Source: an uncultured Acidimicrobiia bacterium
GTDB lineage: Bacteria > Acidobacteriota > Vicinamibacteria > Vicinamibacterales > UBA2999
Length of the DNA stretch: 64,000 bases
Direction of reading: 5' to 3'
Assembly (NCBI GenBank): GCA_963795125.1
Contig: CAWCGQ010000002.1
Location: 264,025-328,024, forward strand
The notes under the pieces are model-generated. The model was not told where the DNA came from and searched no databases. It saw only the letters and a program-made list of their open reading frames with translations. Position 1 is the first letter of the stretch, and each line of letters opens with the position of its first letter. Positions 55,316-64,000 of this stretch are shown here, piece by piece. Made by a program: the position numbers and the translations under genes.

Positions 55316-55480
55316 TAACGCCGCACCCAGCGCGTTCGAAATCGTCGCCACTGACAGTAGGGCGACGGAAAGAAGGGCGGTTTTACGCATCTCGGTGACC
55401 TCAAAGCATTGGATGGGTTGACCCGGACCGAGGGTTGGATTCGAAAGGCCGCTGGCTGCCAGGCGCTACAATTCCTGGAG

Positions 55481-58141
55481 ATGGGGCTGGCGGCGGGCTC
55501 GAGATTTGGCGGCTTCGAGATTCAGGACCTGCTGGGTGCCGGAGGGATGGGGGAGGTCTATCGAGCCCGGGACATGAAGCTCGGTCGCGATGTTGCCCTC
55601 AAGGTGATCTCCTCCAGACTTACCGGCGATCGCGAGCGGCTCGATCGCTTCGAGCGCGAAGCGCGCGCACTTGCCTCGCTCAACCATCCTGGCATTGCTG
55701 CCATTTACGGAATCGAAGAGGCGGATGGGGTGCGCGCGCTCGTCCTCGAATTCGTCGAGGGTGAGACGCTCGAGCAACGATTGCGCCAGCAGGGCCGGCT
55801 TCCGGTGGCTGCGGCCTTACGCATCGCGCGGCAGATCGCCGATGCCCTTAATGCCGCGCATGATCGAGGTTTCGTCCATCGGGATCTGAAGCCCTCCAAC
55901 ATCGCGTTGTCGCCGAACGGGGATGTCAAGGTCCTGGATTTCGGTCTGGCCAAGACGTTGTTCGATTCCGCGAGCCCGGATGCAGCGGCGACCGTCACAG
56001 CAACCGAGGCGGGCATGATTCTCGGCACCGCCGCGTACATGAGTCCCGAACAGGCCCGTGGGCAGATCGTCGACAAGCGGACCGACGTGTGGAGCTTTGG
56101 CTGCGTTCTCTACGAGATGGTGACGGGACGAGCACCATTTCGCGGGTCGACGTGGTCCGACATCGTGTCGCAGACGCTCACCGCCGAACCGGACTGGTCG
56201 GCCGTGTCATCTGCGGTACCGCCGGGCGCAGTGCTCATCCTGAAACGCTGCCTCGAGAAGGACGCGAATCGTCGGCTTCGCGGGCTCGGCGACATCGAAC
56301 TGGCACTCGACGCGCCGGCGCCGCCGACCGGGGGGCGGGCCCTGCTGTGGATTGCCCTCGCGGCGGCCGCTGGCATCGGTGCCGGCGCAGCCGGGGTGCT
56401 CGCCTTGACCGGCGTTCGTGACCAACCCGCAGCAACGGCAGCGGCGCCGATCCAGTTCGAGATCCCGCTCTCGATCCAACCGGGAGAGTCGGGAGCGTTC
56501 GCTGTTTCACCTGATGGCAAGCGGCTCGCCTTCATCGGCACGGGCGCTGACAGCGTCCTTCGGATGTGGGAGCGGTCGTTCGATGCGATCGAGACGCGCC
56601 CCATCGCCGGCACCGAAGGCGAGGTTGCGGGGAATTCCTCGATCTTCTGGGCGCCGGACAGCGAGACGATCGGGTTCTACGCAAACGGCTCGGTCAAGAA
56701 GATCGGCCGGAGTGGTGGAGTGCCCCAGGTCGTGTGCAATGTGCCGGGTATCGCTGTTGGCGGCGCCTGGAATGAGCGAGGCGACGTCGTGGTCGGCAGT
56801 CCCGCAGGGCTGATGCGATGCGCCGCGGACGGCGGGACACCTTTGCCATTGACGAGCGTGCGGGAGACGAGCAGCCCAACGGTCCACTTCTTTCCGACAT
56901 TCTTGCCCAACGGACAGCACCTGCTGTACCTGCAAGTGTCGCGGAGCGATCCGTCAGCAAATGGCCTCTACGTCGCCGACCTCAACCTCGCGCCCGCGCA
57001 ACAGAATCCGACTCGCGTGCTCGACACCGGATTCGGAGCCGAATACGTGGCCGGCGCCGGTAACGCCGGCAAGATTGTCTTCGTTCGGAGTGGCGCGCTC
57101 TGGGCGGTACCGTTTCTTAGCGATCGAATGGTGGTCAACGGAGCCGCCGTTCAGATTGCCGAGTCGATAGGCACATTCCGTGACTCCGCCTTCTTCCGCG
57201 CCAACGCCAGCACGCTCATCTATCGCAGTGCGGTTCCTGACTACCGGCTGACACTGCGCAGCCGAAGCGGGGACGGATTGGGCGTGGCGGGCGCGCCGGG
57301 GCAATTCCTCGGTGTGGCGCTGTCTCCGGATGAGACCCGGGTGGCGGTCTCTCGCGAAAACCGCTTGAATCGATCCGAGCAGGATCTATGGCTGATTGAT
57401 CTGCGGCGCGACACCACGACACGGTTCACCGCTGATGCGATGCCCGAATCGATTCCCACCTGGTCGGCGAGTGGCGACGCTTTGATTTATGCGGCCGGCC
57501 ACGACGCCGCGTCGATCCTGCGGAAGAGGTTGGACGGCGGCGCCAGCGAGATCCTACTCGATGGGACCAGCGACGAGGTTCGTGTGAATCCCCTCCTCAC
57601 CACCCTGAGCGCGACCGGTGATGGGCGTTTCCTGATCTTCTCGGTGGATACACGCACGGTGAATCGTTCCGATCTCTGGTCGATGGCGCTGCAAGCCGGA
57701 GCGAAACCCGCGCCGCTCGTACAGCAAGACGCCGATCAGACGCAGGCGTCGGTGTCGCGCGATGGTGAGTGGCTGGCGTATGTATCAAACGAAGCCGGCG
57801 CCAACGAAGTGTTCGTGCGGCGCATGACGAGCGATGGAGCCGGCGGCATTCGCGCCGCGGCATCGACCACGCTGGTCTCGCTTCGCGGCGGCCATGCCCC
57901 GCGGTGGCGAGCCGACGGCCTGGAATTGTTCTATCTGTCGCCGGCCGGCCAGGTCATGGCGGCGCAGGTCTCTCCCACCACGATCGGTGCGCCACGTGAA
58001 TTGTTCCAGGCGCCAGGCGCGCTCCCGTCATGGGATGTGTCACGCGACGGCCAGCGCTTTCTCCTCGCCATGCCCAATCGCACGTCCGAGCCGCCGCCTT
58101 TTTCGGTGGTAGTGAACTGGCAGTCCGCGCTGCCGCGCTGA
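55481..58141 (+). CDS. Ser/Thr protein kinase with a TM segment and a C-terminal TolB-like beta-propeller
   Basis: Intact. GAGGMGEVY...VALK, HRDLKPSNI, DFGLAK and the SPEQ motif are present. A TM segment (LLWIALAAAAGIGAGAAGVLAL) is followed by repeated SPDG/SRDG propeller motifs. Confidence 0.9.
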   Translation: MGLAAGSRFGGFEIQDLLGAGGMGEVYRARDMKLGRDVALKVISSRLTGDRERLDRFEREARALASLNHPGIAAIYGIEEADGVRALVLEFVEGETLEQRLRQQGRLPVAAALRIARQIADALNAAHDRGFVHRDLKPSNIALSPNGDVKVLDFGLAKTLFDSASPDAAATVTATEAGMILGTAAYMSPEQARGQIVDKRTDVWSFGCVLYEMVTGRAPFRGSTWSDIVSQTLTAEPDWSAVSSAVPPGAVLILKRCLEKDANRRLRGLGDIELALDAPAPPTGGRALLWIALAAAAGIGAGAAGVLALTGVRDQPAATAAAPIQFEIPLSIQPGESGAFAVSPDGKRLAFIGTGADSVLRMWERSFDAIETRPIAGTEGEVAGNSSIFWAPDSETIGFYANGSVKKIGRSGGVPQVVCNVPGIAVGGAWNERGDVVVGSPAGLMRCAADGGTPLPLTSVRETSSPTVHFFPTFLPNGQHLLYLQVSRSDPSANGLYVADLNLAPAQQNPTRVLDTGFGAEYVAGAGNAGKIVFVRSGALWAVPFLSDRMVVNGAAVQIAESIGTFRDSAFFRANASTLIYRSAVPDYRLTLRSRSGDGLGVAGAPGQFLGVALSPDETRVAVSRENRLNRSEQDLWLIDLRRDTTTRFTADAMPESIPTWSASGDALIYAAGHDAASILRKRLDGGASEILLDGTSDEVRVNPLLTTLSATGDGRFLIFSVDTRTVNRSDLWSMALQAGAKPAPLVQQDADQTQASVSRDGEWLAYVSNEAGANEVFVRRMTSDGAGGIRAAASTTLVSLRGGHAPRWRADGLELFYLSPAGQVMAAQVSPTTIGAPRELFQAPGALPSWDVSRDGQRFLLAMPNRTSEPPPFSVVVNWQSALPR

Positions 58142-58145
58142 CGGA

Positions 58146-59011
58146 CTACTTCAGTATCTCTTCGAACAACTTCAGCGCCCGGGCATCCTTCGACTGGCCG
58201 AGCCAGAACATCGCCTGCTTGCGGACCGCCGGGTTCTTGTTGGTGCGGGCCTGCTGAATCAGCAGCGGCACGCCCTCGTCTTTCGGCAGCTGGCTGAGCG
58301 CGAACACCGCCTTCTTCTTCACTTCGGTGTCCGGGATCGTTCTCGATCGCGGCGGTGATGGTGCCGACGGCCTTCTGGCCGGCGCGCTGCGCGAGCCAGA
58401 ACAGGGCGTTGCCCTTGACGCGCGCTCGTCGCGCCGTCGCGCGCCAGGGTCAGCAGCTCGTTCAGCGGCGGATCGCCCTTGGTCAGCGCGAGCACCGTAA
58501 CCGCGGACTCGTTCATCTTCTTCGATGCGGTCGGGCGCCATGAAGGTCTTCATGTAGTCGACGCTGTCGCTCGACGCGGCACGTTGTTGAACCAGTGCAC
58601 CGCCTTGCCGCCGGCATCGAGCGGGCAGTTCGCCGAGTAGGTGCGAATGCGCGTGATCTGCTTCGTCTTCGACGCGCAACATCACGAAGAAGAAGTCCGC
58701 GGGCTCGAGCCGGATCGGATCGGTTGACTGCGTCATCATGCGGCCGTCGTTCCAGTAGTCGCACATGCTGCGGTCGCCGTCGATGATCGGCTGCGTGTAG
58801 CCGATCCAGGCCGGCTCGGCCGAGCGTCGCGGCCAGCGCCGCGATGTCCTTGCGCGATGCTGGTGGTCGCGTGGGCTTCGATGCGGCCGTTCGACAGCCG
58901 GGGCGTTTGCGCCCAGGCCGCCGTCGCAAGGGCGAGGAAGGCCACCGCGAGCAGCGGAGGCCTCCAGCCCGCCGATCCCCGGTCCCCGTCCCCGATCCCG
59001 TCGCCGCTCAC
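58146..59011 (-). pseudogene. secreted HEAT-repeat protein, ~5 frameshifts
   Basis: The GTG start overlaps the upstream stop (GTGA). Signal PLLAVAFLALATAAWAQ. The tail is DTEVKKKAVFALSQLPKDEGVPLLIQQARTNKNPAVRKQAMFWLGQS. Confidence 0.6.
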
Positions 59012-60606
59012 TTGTTCAAGATCTCCATCAAGTAGTCCATCGCGACCTTCGACTTGGTCATCAGTTCGACAGCTTCGACACCATGTCGCGCTTCAGCGCC
59101 GGGTCGGTTTCCTTGCGGGCGATCGCGACCAGCGAGTCGGCGTTGTTCTGCACGAACAAGGCGTTAATCACGTAGCGCTTGATGTCGGCTTCCTTCTCCT
59201 TGGCGTAGATGCCGGCCAGCGCGTCGCCGGTCTTGGCGCGGCCCATCGTGCCGAGGTGCTGCACGGCGCGGCGGCGCAGCTCGGGGTTCTGCTCGGTGTT
59301 GGCGATCTCGATCAAGCGCGTCGCCTCGCCGCTGACGAACAGCGACTGCATGATCTGGCGCTTGACCTCGACGGCGGTCTCCTTCTGATACATCTGCCAC
59401 AGCTCTTCACGCGCGCCCATCGGACCGAGCTGGCGGACCGCCTCGATGCGCAACTCCGGGGTCTTCTCCGTCATCGCCAGGTTGAGCATGCGCGCCTTGT
59501 CGCCGGAGACCATGAACGAGCGGAGAATCTGGCGCTTGACGTCGACGTCGCTCGAGCTCGCGTAGATCTCGGCGAGGATGGCGCGGTTCTCGGTCGAGCC
59601 GTGCACGCCGAGATACTGAATCGCGCGGCGCTGCACGTCGGGATTGCGCGGCGCCCTTCGCCGCCGCCGTCATCACCTGGCGCGCGCGCGGCGAGTTGCT
59701 CTGCGCGAGCACGAACAACGCGCGCGCCTTCAACTGCGGCGACGCGGTGCCTGACAGGATCTTCTCGAGCATCGGCACCGCCTGCTCCGGATCCGAGTGC
59801 TGCAGACCCTGGATGGCGAGCAGCTTCAGCTCTTCATCCGATTCGGCTTCGGGGCGCGGCGCCTGGCCGGCGTTCTGGCGCACCTGCAGCTCGAGCGCTC
59901 TGGCGTCGCTGATCCAGCGGCTCTGCGGGAAGCGCTTGATCAGACTCCTGCACCGCGGCCAGCGCGTCGGCCTGCTGGTTCAACTTGTCGAGCGCGTAGG
60001 CCTTCCAGTACAGCGCCGCGTCGACGCGATTCGAGTTCTCGGCCTCGATCACGCGGCGTGAACGAGTCCGCGGCGCGCGCCCAGGCGCGGCGCTCCAGGC
60101 TTTCCTGGCCGCGCTGATAGTTCTCGTCGATGCGCTGACGACGCTCGGACTCGCGCTGCTTGGCCTCTTCGGCGCGCTGGCGTTCTTCGTCGGCGCGTTG
60201 TCTGGTGTCGTCCTCACGCGACCGCTGCTCACCGCCGAACGCCAAGCCGCTGCGGCCCGCCCGACGGCAGTCGAGCGCGCCGCGCGCCAGCACGGCGCTG
60301 CGGCTGGCAGCTTGGCCAGGACGGCGCCAAGGTCAGGCAGATCGCGGCAGGTCAGGCAGCATCGGGCAGGTCCGGCAGCATCGGCAGGTCGAACATCGGC
60401 AGTCACCGGCAGATCGAACATCGGCATCGGCGGCATTCGGCGCGATCATCGGCACCGGCGGCACCATCGGCGTCGGCATCACCGGCGCAATCATCGGCGT
60501 CGGTGGAACCGGCGGCACCGGCAGAACCTGTGCCGACACCATCGCCGGCATCGAGAGGACGCGCGCCATCATCAACGCGCGTCCGGTTTAGCTTCACAAC
60601 ACTCAT
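59008..60606 (-). pseudogene. Met/Pro-rich, charged coiled region plus HEAT-repeat protein, ~5 frameshifts
   Basis: N-terminal PMxxP low-complexity stretch, then an E/R/Q-rich segment, then HEAT modules (NPDVQRRAIQYLG, TPELRIEAVRQLG, NPELRRRAVQHLG). The probable end ...MDYLMEILNK is in a shifted frame. Confidence 0.55.
60331..60553. repeat. low-complexity quasi-repeat (catcggc / caggtc units) encoding the Met/Pro-rich region
   Basis: catcggca, catcggcg and ggcaggtc motifs recur irregularly. There is no repeat-spacer architecture. Confidence 0.6.
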
Positions 60607-60812
60607 CTTCGTTCTCCTCGAGCGGACCGTAAGCCCGCCCCCGCGTTCATTCGCCCGCTGCGACTCGGTGCCTTCTGCCGGCTTACGACGTCGGCATTCG
60701 CCGCGGGAGTCGATCGCCAGCCTCGCGATCGGTTCTGGTTCGTTGACGCATCTCCGAAGCGATCACGCGAAGCCTGAACAACAGGTCCTCCGTCGTGATG
60801 CGCGATTGCAAG

Positions 60813-61503
60813 TCAGTCAGATTCGTTAGACGAGGCATTGGCCGGCGCGTTAGCAATCTCCAGCAACACGCGCTCGAGATCCTCGAGCACCGAGACGATC
60901 GCGCCGTCGCCGGACTGCTCCGCCGACTGGCGAATCAGGCGATTGACGGCGACCAGGTCGGAGGCGCGCGCCTGCTCGCCGGCGAGCACGTCGGAATGAT
61001 CGGTCTCCGCGTTGACCAGCTCGACCAGCATCATCTGCGTGCGATCGAGGTGATCGCCGACCTCCGCCTGCAGCACGCGGCCCGGCTCGCCGTCGGCGAC
61101 CACCGCCTGGGTCGGCGGCATGACCGCCGGATCTCCACCGGAGACACGGCCGGCCACAAACGCCGCGACCACCAGGGCCGCGACGCCGCCACCGAGCGCC
61201 CACTGCGGAAACCAGAACAGGGAGCGCGTCCATCCACCTTCGCCAGGGCACCGTGGACACGCCCATCGCGATTGGCATCGAGTCGGGGCTCGAGGCGCGC
61301 CCACGCGGTGCGCTCGAATCCCGGCGGCGCTTCGACCGGCGCCGCCGAGTCGACCAGCGTCATCACGCGGACCAGTTGTTCCCTGGCGTCCTGGCACTCG
61401 CGCGCACGCCGCGAGATGCGCGTCGATGCGCGCGGCATCGAGCGGGCTCGCTCTCGCCGTAGTACTGCAGGATCAGTTCGTCTTCCGACAGATGGTTGCT
61501 CAT
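60813..61503 (-). pseudogene. anti-sigma factor (zf-HC2-like N-terminus, one TM), ~2 frameshifts
   Basis: Its ATG overlaps the sigma-factor stop (ATGA). It reads [17 protein letters not shown]...HLAACASCQDAREQL, then a TM segment ALGGGVAALVVAAFVAG. Confidence 0.65.
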
Positions 61504-62069
61504 GACTGAACGAATGGCTCCAGCGCGTTGCGCATCTTCTTGACCGCGCGAAAAATGCTGTGCTTGGTCGCGCTGGTCTTCATCCCGAGTTTCTCGCCGA
61601 CCTCGTCGATCGACATGCCTTCGACGTGGCGCAGCGTGAACGCCGCGCGCTCGAGCGCGGTCAGCAGGCCGAGCGCCTGGTTCACGCGATCCGAGATCTG
61701 CGTGCTCGCCGCGACGCGCTCCGGCGTCGGCTGCGCCTCGGCGCCGCGCTCGCTGAGCGGGCCCTGCTCGAGATCGATCGGGTCGTGCGCATCCTCGCGA
61801 TGCCGGCGGGCGCGAATCAGGTCGATCGAACAGTTCACCGTGATCCTGTGCAGCCAGGTGCGGAAATCCGCCCGGGCCTCGAAACGGCTCAATTGCTTGT
61901 GCGCCTTGAGCCACGCCTCCTGCACCACGTCCTCGGCGTCCTGCGCGTTGCCGGTCATCCGGTGCGCGAGCGAGAAGACGTAGCGGGAATGCTGTTCGAC
62001 GAGCGCTCGAAATGCGTCGCGGTCGCCGTCGCGGGCCCTGGCGACAACCGACAGGTCGCGCTCTTCCAT
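61500..62069 (-). CDS. ECF-type sigma-70 family RNA polymerase sigma factor
   Basis: Intact 189-aa ORF. Region 2 is [15 protein letters not shown]...[18 protein letters not shown]. Region 4 is [42 protein letters not shown]. Confidence 0.9.
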   Translation of the reverse strand: MEERDLSVVARARDGDRDAFRALVEQHSRYVFSLAHRMTGNAQDAEDVVQEAWLKAHKQLSRFEARADFRTWLHRITVNCSIDLIRARRHREDAHDPIDLEQGPLSERGAEAQPTPERVAASTQISDRVNQALGLLTALERAAFTLRHVEGMSIDEVGEKLGMKTSATKHSIFRAVKKMRNALEPFVQS

Positions 62070-62079
62070 TCCTGCAGCT

Positions 62080-62108
62080 TTGACGGACGCGGGCGGATTC
62101 GGTTGGCG
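62080..62108 (-). promoter_or_regulatory. candidate ECF-type autoregulated promoter
   Basis: Minus strand reads ccAACC-N16-CGTCaa about 12 nt upstream of the sigma ATG. This is a loose match to GGAAC-N16/17-CGTC and is weak. Confidence 0.25.
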
Positions 62109-62193
62109 GAGACGAGTACGTAGGTGCTGCGGGAAGTGCGGGTTAAGGAGATCTAATCCTTTAGAATCAATACTTTACGGATATCATCGGCGC

Positions 62194-62696
62194 ATGGACC
62201 CACGATTTCCCGACCGGAAAATTTGTCGTTCGATCCGCAGCCCGACTCCCGAGAAGCGGCGCGAGTGTATCGCCGCCATCGGCAGCTTCCCGTCCGAGCT
62301 CACGGCCGCGATGGCCGGCGCCGGGCTCGACACGCCCTACCGCGACGGCGGCTGGACGGCCCGCCAGGTGGTGCACCACGTGGCCGACAGCCACATGAAC
62401 GCCTTCATCCGTTTTCGCCTCGCGCTCACCGAAGACAAGCCGACGATCAAGCCCTACAACGAGGCCGAGCCTGGGCCAAGCTCGCCGACATGCAGCTCGA
62501 TCCGGCGGTGTCGATCCAGATCCTCGACGGCCTGCATCAACGCTGGCACGCGATGCTGCTCGCGATGAGCGACGCGGATTTTTCGCGCGAGGCCGTCCAC
62601 CCCGATCACGGTGCGAAGACCATCGACTGGTTCCTGCAGCTGTATGCGTGGCACGGGCGCCATCACATCGGCCACATCAGGCTGACGGCGGCGTAG
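62194..62696 (+). pseudogene. DinB/YfiT-family metal-dependent hydrolase, ~2 frameshifts
   Basis: [35 protein letters not shown] and [10 protein letters not shown] supply the His triad. The N-terminal pieces are shifted. Confidence 0.7.
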
Positions 62697-63045
62697 CCCG
62701 CCGTCGGATGCCGCACGTTGACGGCCTTCACCATCAGGAACACCACCCACGCCAGGATCAGGAACTGCAGGATGTGGCTCACGAACGAGCCATAGGCAAT
62801 GACGGTGGCGCCGGCGGCCTTGGCGTCGGCCAGCGACGCATACGGCGCGGCGGCCTTGAGCCCCTGGCGGAGACGACGAACTGGTTGGTGAAATCGGTGC
62901 CGCCGGTCAGCAGGCCCACCACCGGCATGATGATGTCGTTGACCAGCGAGTCGACGATTTTCTGAAACGCGGCGCCGATGATCACGCCGACCGCGAGATC
63001 CATGACGTTGCCCCTGGCGATGAACTCGCGAAATTCGTTCAGCAT
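62663..63045 (-). pseudogene. mscL: large-conductance mechanosensitive channel, at least 1 frameshift
   Basis: [46 protein letters not shown] is canonical MscL. TM2 ([19 protein letters not shown]) is in another frame. The 3' end is uncertain. Confidence 0.8.
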
Positions 63046-63061
63046 GATTCGGCTCCCGCGT

Positions 63062-63087
63062 GATTGTAGCGTCACGGGGCTACAATC
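63062..63087. promoter_or_regulatory. perfect 9-bp inverted repeat placing a TACAAT hexamer on each strand between mscL and yhbY
   Basis: gattgtagc (63062-70) and gctacaatc (63079-87) flank an 8-nt spacer. TACAAT on the plus strand ends 6 nt before the yhbY ATG. The minus-strand copy lies 17 nt before the mscL ATG, with GGGAG between them. Confidence 0.35.
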
Positions 63088-63092
63088 GTTCG

Positions 63093-63385
63093 ATGGCTGC
63101 TCCCGCTGACCGCGCGCGAACGATCCCACCTGAAGGCCCGCGCCCACGCGCTCGAGCCGAGCGTGCAGGTCGGCCACGGCGGGCTGACCGACGGGGTGGC
63201 GGCCGAGATCGATCGCGCGCTCAAGGCGCGCGAGCTGATCAAGGTGAAGATCCTCGCCCGATCGCCGCGCGCGCGAGACCATCTGCGAGGCGATCTGCGC
63301 GCGCACCGATTCGGCGATCGTCCAGCACGTCGGCAAGGTGATGGTGCTGTGGCGTCCGAAGCCTGACGAGCCGCCTGCCGCTTAG
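63093..63385 (+). pseudogene. yhbY: YhbY-like CRM-domain RNA-binding protein, ~2 frameshifts
   Basis: [41 protein letters not shown], then [26 protein letters not shown] in a shifted frame. TAG at 63383-85. Confidence 0.7.
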
Positions 63386-64000
63386 AGCCGGAACAGATAA
63401 CTGATCTTCAGGAAGAACCCGTCGCCCGCGCGGCGCAGCCTGGCCGCGCGCGGATCCTCCTCGAGGTTCGCCAGCGTGTTGCCGTAGCCGGCAAACACCA
63501 CGGTGCCCGGCGTCGGCTGATACGAGAACAGCCAGTCGGCGCGAAACGACTTGGTGTACGGCCTCGACCGCACGATCGTACTGACCGGTGGCGCGGTTGC
63601 AGGATGTAGATCGGCAGGTTGGTGCGCGAATCGTCGCGCAGATCGTCCTGCCAGTCGCTGTTGTACTCGCCGACCACGCGCACGAAGATCGGCCGCGAGA
63701 TCTGGTACTCGGCCTTCACGCGCGGGATGCGGCGGATGCCGACCATCGAATCATCCGATGCGGCGGCGGAACGACTGCAGCTGGTAGCGCGCATCGACCC
63801 GCAGCTTGTCGGTCGGCTTCCAGGCGGCGCCGACGTTCAGAAAGACGATGTCGGCCGACGACCACTCGTAGAAGTTCTCGTCCTTGCCCCACAACACGAA
63901 CGCGTCCAGCTTCGACGCCGCCGCGCTGCGGCGTGGTCGCCGACACCACGTAGTCGACGTTCGGCAGCCGCGGTCCTTCCGGGAACGGAATGAACTCGAG
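63382..64000 (-). pseudogene. outer-membrane beta-barrel-like protein, C-terminal part (5' end outside the window), ~3 frameshifts
   Basis: The tail ...FRADWLFSYQPTPGTVVFAGYGN...GDGFFLKISYLFRL is beta-barrel-like. Upstream pieces (RVKAEYQISRPIFVRVVGEYNSDW) are in other frames. Confidence 0.45.

Larger units (their letters stand above)
54259..55390 (-). pseudogene. secreted protein with seven 29-aa tandem repeats (DDLVxxRIHKVTPEFI module); the 3' end probably has one frameshift
   Basis: Signal MRKTALLSVALLSVATISNALG. The in-frame ORF would run ~400 nt antisense into the cytochrome gene. The nearest alternative-frame stop is at 54259. Confidence 0.6.

Noticed and set aside
60331-60553. A repetitive stretch that could be mistaken for a CRISPR-like or minisatellite array
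   Set aside because: The units are short, irregular and overlapping (catcggc, ggcaggtc), with no constant repeat / unique spacer architecture. The stretch lies inside a coding region that gives a Met/Pro-rich peptide.
1-64000. The frameshifts as programmed ribosomal frameshifting or transcriptional slippage
   Set aside because: There are far too many, up to 9 per gene. The junctions I inspected have no slippery heptamers or a shared motif. They are absent from long contiguous blocks irrespective of gene type.

Overview
GC-rich bacterial chromosomal segment (GC not computed). The gene content suggests Acidobacteriota: an ADOP-type duplicated permease behind a BlaI/BlaR1 pair, TolB-like beta-propeller fusions, and many signal-peptide hydrolases. 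This lineage call is inference. I could support about 50 protein genes. They include argJ/argF, pxpA, fhs, pntAB, mscL, several peptidases (M14, M24, M28), amidase/amidohydrolase genes, an FTR1 iron permease, ABC/MATE/SSF transporters, an ECF sigma/anti-sigma operon, a Ser/Thr kinase and two c-type cytochromes. I recognised no rRNA, tRNA, CRISPR array, transposase, integrase or phage gene. About two thirds of the genes are broken by frameshifts, roughly 100-150 by hand count. The indels come in blocks, leaving clean stretches at 1332-3512, 8446-9249, 16862-~20500, ~35710-46330, 51397-58141 and 61500-62069. This looks like an assembly or consensus artefact rather than decay, so every 'pseudogene' label means 'frame interrupted as sequenced', and the boundaries of broken genes are approximate. 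No canonical multi-gene defence or mobile system is visible. Candidates worth a second look: (1) a 156-nt in-frame palindromic element of 9-nt tandem units inside blaR1; (2) an envelope cluster of an Omp85-like barrel, two signal-peptide kinase-fold proteins and a PAP2 phosphatase; (3) a monoheme cytochrome c fused to a barrel-like domain, next to a pentaheme cytochrome; (4) an orphan DGQHR/DndB-like gene between AT-richer spacers; (5) a shared 22-nt cassette and tandem repeats at the N-termini of two unrelated secreted proteins.
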